Shown one piece after another: positions 52,451 through 53,857 of a stretch of 53,857 bases of DNA (position 1 is the stretch's first letter; the number at the start of each line of letters is the position of its first letter). The translations under genes and the position numbers were made by a program. Location: the NCBI GenBank assembly GCA_964597275.1, contig CAZQXS010000007.1:1-53857 (forward strand), read 5' to 3'. The notes beneath the pieces were generated by a model. It did no database searches. It was not told where the DNA came from and saw nothing but the letters and a program-made list of their open reading frames with translations. This DNA comes from an uncultured Pseudomonadota bacterium. GTDB taxonomy: Bacteria; SAR324; NAC60-12.

Positions 52451-53380
52451 ATGGAATTCCTGACCCAAGCCCTCGTGGCCGCTGTCGAAATGGGCACGCC
52501 CTTGCTCTTCGCCACCCTCGGCGGCGTGATCAGCGAGCGGGCGGGCGTGATCAACCTCGGCATGGAAGGACTGCTGCTCGTGGGGGCGCTGGTGGCCTTT
52601 GTGACCATGCTCGGCACGCAGTCGTACCTCGCCGCCCTCGGCGCAGCCGTGGTGGTGGCGGGCGTGGTGACGATGGTTCACGGCCTCGTCTGCCTCGTTC
52701 TGCGGGCCAACCAGATCGCCTCCGGACTCGCGCTCACCCTCTTTGGCACCGGACTGAGCGGGCTGTTCGGGGACCAGCTCATCGGCAAAACCATTGAGCC
52801 GCTGGACAACCACGCGCTTCCCCTCCTCAGCCAGATTCCGCTGATCGGCCCGGCGCTGTTCGATCAGGACGTGCTGGTGTACCTCTCCTACAGCTGCGTG
52901 CTGGCCACTTGGTTCGTGCTCTACAAATCTCGGCTCGGCCTCACGATCCGCTCGATGGGCGAGAATCCGGCAGTCTGCGACACGATGGGCCTCTCCGTTT
53001 TGGGCTACCGCTTCTGGTGCCTCGTGGCCGGAGGCATGCTCATCGGGCTGGGCGGGGCGTACTTCTCCCTCGCGCTCAACTCCTACTGGGTGGACAACAT
53101 CACTGCCGGACGCGGCTGGATTGCCGTCGCGCTGGTGATCTTCGCCTTCTGGGATCCCGTCAAGGCGCTGGCGGGGGCCTACTTGTTCGGCTTCGCCATC
53201 GCACTGGAATTGCGGTTGCAACTGCTCGGCATCGGGCTTTCCCCCTACTTCCTCAAGATGCTGCCCTACCTGCTGACCATCCTCGTGCTGACCACCGTGA
53301 CGATCCGCAACCAGCGCCGGGGCATTCAGGTGATGCCTGCGGGTCTGGGGCAGGGCTTCGTGCGGGGCGAAAAGCACTGA
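52451..53380 (+). CDS. ABC transporter permease (second subunit, same family)
   Basis: 309 aa. GVISERAGVINLGMEGLLLVGAL is typical of the family. Starts 3 nt after the first permease. Confidence 0.85.
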   Translation: MEFLTQALVAAVEMGTPLLFATLGGVISERAGVINLGMEGLLLVGALVAFVTMLGTQSYLAALGAAVVVAGVVTMVHGLVCLVLRANQIASGLALTLFGTGLSGLFGDQLIGKTIEPLDNHALPLLSQIPLIGPALFDQDVLVYLSYSCVLATWFVLYKSRLGLTIRSMGENPAVCDTMGLSVLGYRFWCLVAGGMLIGLGGAYFSLALNSYWVDNITAGRGWIAVALVIFAFWDPVKALAGAYLFGFAIALELRLQLLGIGLSPYFLKMLPYLLTILVLTTVTIRNQRRGIQVMPAGLGQGFVRGEKH

Positions 53381-53383
53381 CGC

Positions 53384-53809
53384 ATGACCCGACACACCTT
53401 TCCCGTGCGCATTGGCTGGGGCGACTGTGATCCTGCGCAGATCGTCTTCTACCCCAACTACTTCGCGTGGTTCGACCAAGGGGCACACCTGCTGTTTGAT
53501 CACCTTGGCCTGCCGATGGGACAATTGTCCGAAGACTACGGCGTGGTCGGCCTGCCGATTGTGGACGCCAAGGCGAAGTTTCTTGGCCCGTCGCTGTACT
53601 GGGATGAGATCGAGGTCACCAGTTGGGTCAGTGAGGTTCGGGAAAAAACCCTTGTTGTCTCCCACGAGGTTCGCAATGCTAAGCAATTGACCGTCGAAGG
53701 CTCCGAGGTCCGGGTCTGGGCGACAGCCCATCCCGACGACTCCAAACGCCTCAAGGCGTTGCCCATTCCTGACGTGGTGCGAACTCGCCTGCTGCCTTCA
53801 GCCACTTGA
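53384..53809 (+). CDS. 4HBT/YbgC-like hotdog-fold acyl-CoA thioesterase
   Basis: MTRHTFPVRIGWGDCDPAQIVFYPNYFAWFDQG (catalytic Asp context DxxG.V.....Y); 141 aa. Confidence 0.8.
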   Translation: MTRHTFPVRIGWGDCDPAQIVFYPNYFAWFDQGAHLLFDHLGLPMGQLSEDYGVVGLPIVDAKAKFLGPSLYWDEIEVTSWVSEVREKTLVVSHEVRNAKQLTVEGSEVRVWATAHPDDSKRLKALPIPDVVRTRLLPSAT

Positions 53810-53857
53810 CTTGCAACCGAACTCAGCCGCTAATGCCTGCCGCCAGCGAAGCCCGCA

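Overview
This is a high-GC, almost fully coding chromosomal segment from a flagellated diderm bacterium. Gene content, Pro-rich inserts and a GxxExxY cassette suggest Verrucomicrobiota/PVC, but that is only an inference. Many long ORFs in the track are antisense shadows of real genes; I chose strands from recognisable motifs.

Left to right:
- Minus-strand operon (1-6366): periplasmic binding protein, internal attenuator hairpin, ABC ATPase, fused two-domain permease, 107-aa unknown, small DMT-like membrane protein, and a GMC oxidoreductase that runs off the left edge and is missing from the ORF track.
- Kelch-repeat lipoprotein.
- Tightly packed minus-strand trio: RecB-type helicase-nuclease, orphan GspL/PilM-like bitopic protein, tricorn protease.
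- Orphan PAS histidine kinase, tRNA-His, a C-terminally short Fic gene, and hsp20 plus an untracked 47-codon membrane ORF.
- pgi, three tightly spaced unknown genes, and rsmB.
- Flagellar export/regulation block: TraR/DksA-like, fliR, flhB, flhA, flhF, flhG, fliA.
- dapB, then a low-GC cassette with a GxxExxY-family gene killed by a TAG at its signature Glu and flanked by ATCTGCG-type repeats.
- valS, a signal-peptide-bearing Lig E-type DNA ligase, and an envelope-biogenesis run (Gfo/Idh/MocA, lptF/G-family, lolA, rph, lgt, yejM-like).
- gcvP, an orphan RecE/DUF3799-like PD-(D/E)XK nuclease and a mini-lipoprotein.
- A hexaheme (3 x diheme c4-like) lipoprotein cytochrome plus a diheme c4 carrying a 155-nt perfect internal repeat.
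- Two ABC permeases with no ATPase or binding protein, and a 4HBT thioesterase.

No CRISPR array, rRNA, integrase or transposase was seen.

The most unusual items are the helicase-nuclease/GspL-like/tricorn operon, the eight tandem c4-type haem domains, the GxxExxY cassette and the predicted periplasmic ligase.
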